From the NCBI GenBank assembly GCA_043825735.1, contig JBDRRP010000069.1, forward strand, positions 1 to 64,000: 64,000 nt of DNA, in the 5' to 3' direction. Shown here in pieces: positions 61,084 through 64,000 of the stretch. Made by a program: the position numbers and the translations under genes. Each line of letters opens with the position of its first letter. Within the stretch, counting starts at the first letter, position 1. The stretch is from Pseudomonadota bacterium (GTDB lineage: Bacteria; Desulfobacterota; Desulfobacteria; Desulfobacterales; JBDRRP01). Under the pieces are notes generated by a model. It made no database searches and was not told the DNA's origin. It was given only the letters and a program-made list of their open reading frames with translations.

Positions 61084-61444
61084 CGGTGGATCACCTCCTT
61101 TCTCGTGAACGCAAAAAGGGCGACCTGTCACAAAGACAGACCGCCCCTCTTGGGTTGGTATTGTTGGATTTGTTGGGTGCTACGGCCTACGGAACTACGT
61201 CAAACAGGGCATCGATGCCGGGCTATGGGGAATAGCCGAGTGGGTGGGAATACTGCATGATACGGGTGGTATTTTCACTTTCGCAAAAACCGCACTTGAC
61301 ACTATTTTTGGCCATAAATGCTTTAAGCTGCCGTAATGCTTATAGAATACGCGTTTTCCCGTACCTTTTCCCCCTTTAAATAACCGCAGGGTAGGTCCGT
61401 CAAGTGCGCTGGTCGTGATAACCAGTGATGCACTGGAGAGATGA

Positions 61445-63298
61445 TCAGTCAGGAGGATTGGGGAAGTATGATACGGAAAGCACTTGAGGACGGGTCGTTG
61501 TGTCTGTGATCAGGAAACCGAGATTGATGAGCGTACGCTTGTAGCCCGCGATAGTTGCTCTTGATGTCCCCAGCCAGTCAGATAGTTCAGTATCCCGGAC
61601 CCGCAGTTTCCGCTTCCGTCTCTGCTGTCCGATGGCGATCCGAAGCCACAAGATGAGCGCCGGCCCCATCTGCTCGTAAATGCGATGCCTGATAAAGTTT
61701 CGAGGCAGTTTGAAAGTCTGGCCTTCTGATATCGCCCCTTGGCCGGCGGTGATACGTTCCATGATGTCTGCGACGGCCCTATCCAGCATCACCTTGTTGC
61801 CGTGGCCATAGGTGAGCAGAGGCAAAATTTCCCCGGCGCTGAAAACGACATCCGATGCCGGCGACGCCTTGGCAGGATTTGGCGCTTGTTGTTCGACACT
61901 GTCTGCATCACTTCCTGTGAATGGATCGAATCTGACGCTTCTCTTGCCCGGCTCTCCGCAGGTGATGAAGGAAACCCCTACCGCCTTATCCGTGCAGGCC
62001 TGGGCTTTATTCGCGCCGGCCAAAAGATGCTTCAATGAAAATCCGCTGATACAGCCCGCCACGTCCTTCAACTTGTCGTAAGGGTCTTGCCCCTCAACCA
62101 TCCCGCCAAGGTAGAAAATCTGCCCATCTATGGCCTCTGCAGCAGACTGAATGGCTCTCTTACCGGCATTATCCCAATCGTAGGCCACGATGAAGTGCTG
62201 CGTCCCGAGTTCGGTAAGCAGACCCAGGTTTTGGGCTGACAGGTTCGTGCCCAAGGTGGAAACCACTACCGGCTTATCCTGGTCCTGGAGCAGATTATAA
62301 AAGGCGAAGTAATCGAAGATGCCCTCCACCAGTATCACCGTTCGGTAGTGCTGAATGTGCCTGGCGGCCTTGTCGATGCCGTAGAGCCAGCTTCGGGTGC
62401 TGATCCCCTTTTCACCGGATTGAAGTTTGAGCCAGCGGACGCCCCGGTTATCGGTGCGCCTACCGATGATGCCTGCCACGCGACCGTTTATGTCGTGGAT
62501 GGGAAAGGTTATTCGGCCGGCGAAAAAATCACCATAGTTGCGCGTGAACGGGTCCTTCCGACTGAAATCAATCTGCTGGCGATAGAACCCGTAGCCTTTT
62601 CCGCTGGGATCGTTGAGCAGTCGAAGCAGACCGGCACGATAGAAGGGCTGGAAGGTACAGAAGTCCTTATTAAACCTTGGCAGGAACGATTCAACAAGGG
62701 CTCTGCCTTGATACTGATCGTCGCTGTAAGGAGGAGCCCACCCGATGCGAAACGGGGCCACCATATCGATGTCCACGCCCCGACGTTCGAGATAGGCCAC
62801 CACCTTTGGATACTTGTCTGCATCAGATAAGAGCAGGTTGGAGTAGAAGTCAGTACTCATTTCCAGGGCTTCGGCGACCACATCATCGATTTCAACCGGC
62901 TCTGCAAAACTGGCCGTGTCATCTGGCTCAGATTGGTCGCCGGGATCTGGCACGCTGGTACTGTCGCCGGCTGTGGGTTCATAGTCCTTGACGCCCAGGT
63001 AGTCAGCCCAAATCTCTTGCGCCTGCCCGAACCTGCACTTCTTCCGGAGCATGATCACGTCGTAGATGTCCCAATCGCCCCCGCAGGCGCCGAAACAGTG
63101 GAACCGGACTTCACCCTTGCCGTCGACATAGACCCGGAAACTATCCTGGCTGTCGTGGTGGAACGGGCAATAGGCCATGTATCGTTTGGTGCCGGACGGT
63201 TTGAAACGAACACCCAAGACGCCCTCGGCGAAATGGATCATCTGATCCAGATAGTCACTGGATTTGAGGCGGATGTGTTGGGGGATGTCAGATGTCAT
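61445..63298 (-). CDS. DnaG-like primase (CHC2 Zn finger + TOPRIM) with C-terminal HTH
   Basis: CPFH...FHCFGAC, RITFPI, VEGIFD, YDWDNAG, ELSDWLGTSRATI. Confidence 0.88.
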   Translation of the reverse strand: MTSDIPQHIRLKSSDYLDQMIHFAEGVLGVRFKPSGTKRYMAYCPFHHDSQDSFRVYVDGKGEVRFHCFGACGGDWDIYDVIMLRKKCRFGQAQEIWADYLGVKDYEPTAGDSTSVPDPGDQSEPDDTASFAEPVEIDDVVAEALEMSTDFYSNLLLSDADKYPKVVAYLERRGVDIDMVAPFRIGWAPPYSDDQYQGRALVESFLPRFNKDFCTFQPFYRAGLLRLLNDPSGKGYGFYRQQIDFSRKDPFTRNYGDFFAGRITFPIHDINGRVAGIIGRRTDNRGVRWLKLQSGEKGISTRSWLYGIDKAARHIQHYRTVILVEGIFDYFAFYNLLQDQDKPVVVSTLGTNLSAQNLGLLTELGTQHFIVAYDWDNAGKRAIQSAAEAIDGQIFYLGGMVEGQDPYDKLKDVAGCISGFSLKHLLAGANKAQACTDKAVGVSFITCGEPGKRSVRFDPFTGSDADSVEQQAPNPAKASPASDVVFSAGEILPLLTYGHGNKVMLDRAVADIMERITAGQGAISEGQTFKLPRNFIRHRIYEQMGPALILWLRIAIGQQRRKRKLRVRDTELSDWLGTSRATIAGYKRTLINLGFLITDTTTRPQVLSVSYFPNPPD

Positions 63299-63478
63299 AT
63301 GAAAACCTGTTAATTCAAATTAACAGCGGTTTTTAGCATAGCCACTTTCTGGTCAACTGTGAAGGACGGGGCCACTGCTGACCCCGCCGCTCTCATATTC
63401 ACGGCCGGCAGAAACAGAAAAACCACTTGCCGCCGGCGCGGACAAATGGCCTCTTGTGAATCTTTGTGAATGTCTGGC

Positions 63479-64000
63479 TCAGCCTATCCGGTCATACATG
63501 CTCTTTATGATCCCTTGGTCCGCAAAACTGAAATACCGGTCATCGAACATGGACACGATGATATGCTCATGGATCGTAATACCGATGATGCTGGCCGCAT
63601 GGATAAGCTGTTCCGTAATGGCCAGATCCTCCGGCGATGGTTGCACCTCGCCGGATGGGTGATTATGCGCGAGCAAAAGGGCACTGGCATTGGCCAGAAT
63701 AGCGGGCTTCATGACCTCGCGTGGACTGACCGGCGCGGAAGAGACGCCACCTGTTGAGACGATGTTCACGCCGATGATGGCGTTTTTCGTGTTCAGCATC
63801 AGCACGCAAAACTGCTCACGATCGGACTGGCCGTGGGTCTCGATGAGGTTTTTCACGATGGGCTGGGCCTGCTGGGAGTTGGCGAGTCGATCATTTGCAA
63901 AGGGCAGGCTGTTATCTTTGACAAGGACCACGCGATAGGCGGGAATGAACCGGGATGGGTAGGATGTTTGGGCGGTTGCAATGGTCAGGGGAAGCTGTCG
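63479..64000 (-). CDS. RadC/JAB domain protein, 5'-partial
   Basis: DREQF, SPREV, AHNHPSG..PSPED, HEHII; frame is open to the window edge. Confidence 0.92.
   Translation of the reverse strand, partial: RQLPLTIATAQTSYPSRFIPAYRVVLVKDNSLPFANDRLANSQQAQPIVKNLIETHGQSDREQFCVLMLNTKNAIIGVNIVSTGGVSSAPVSPREVMKPAILANASALLLAHNHPSGEVQPSPEDLAITEQLIHAASIIGITIHEHIIVSMFDDRYFSFADQGIIKSMYDRIG

Larger units (their letters stand above)
22925..64000. mobile_element. Integrative genomic island (ICE/IME-like) at tRNA-Arg; other end outside window
   Basis: Integrase ends 20 bp from the tRNA CCA. Xis-like, Rep, ParB-MTase, DUF932, UvrD, nuclease/SSAP, primase and RadC genes follow, with AT-rich cargo inserts. Confidence 0.88.

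Overview
This is a GC-rich bacterial chromosome segment. Gene content suggests a Desulfobacterota-like organism, but that is inference only. Bases 1-22,924 are host DNA: the 3' part of a giant repeat adhesin, Skp, a Ser/Thr-kinase/PP2C/cyclase-FHA/caspase-like/DUF1566 signalling cluster, several enzymes, tRNA-Pro, purA, tadA and tRNA-Arg(ACG). From about 22,925 to the window end is a genomic island integrated at the tRNA-Arg 3' end; its other end is not seen in the window. The island backbone is on the minus strand: tyrosine integrase, Xis-like HTH, ParB-DNA methyltransferase, Rep-like protein with iteron-like repeats, MerR HTH, SLOG, DUF932, UvrD, RecB-like nuclease plus annealing protein, primase and RadC. 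Cargo cassettes interrupt this backbone. Two cassettes match no system I recognise. The first is an operon of a PyrE-like PRTase, a SIR2 fused to an apparently non-catalytic eIF2B/MtnA-like sugar-phosphate-binding domain, an APH/MtnK-fold kinase and a methyltransferase, with a convergent HAD phosphatase; it is a candidate metabolite-triggered NAD-depletion defence system. The second is an operon of an IrrE/ImmA peptidase, a 2TM protein, a BpsA-like transferase and two mutual paralogs of unknown family, followed by an archaeal-type NMP kinase. Other cargo: a TPR-CHAT/anti-sigma/ECF module, two PD-(D/E)XK nucleases, an alpha/beta hydrolase, a decayed group II intron, an IS fragment and MITEs. 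All family assignments come from motif recognition by eye, not from database searches.
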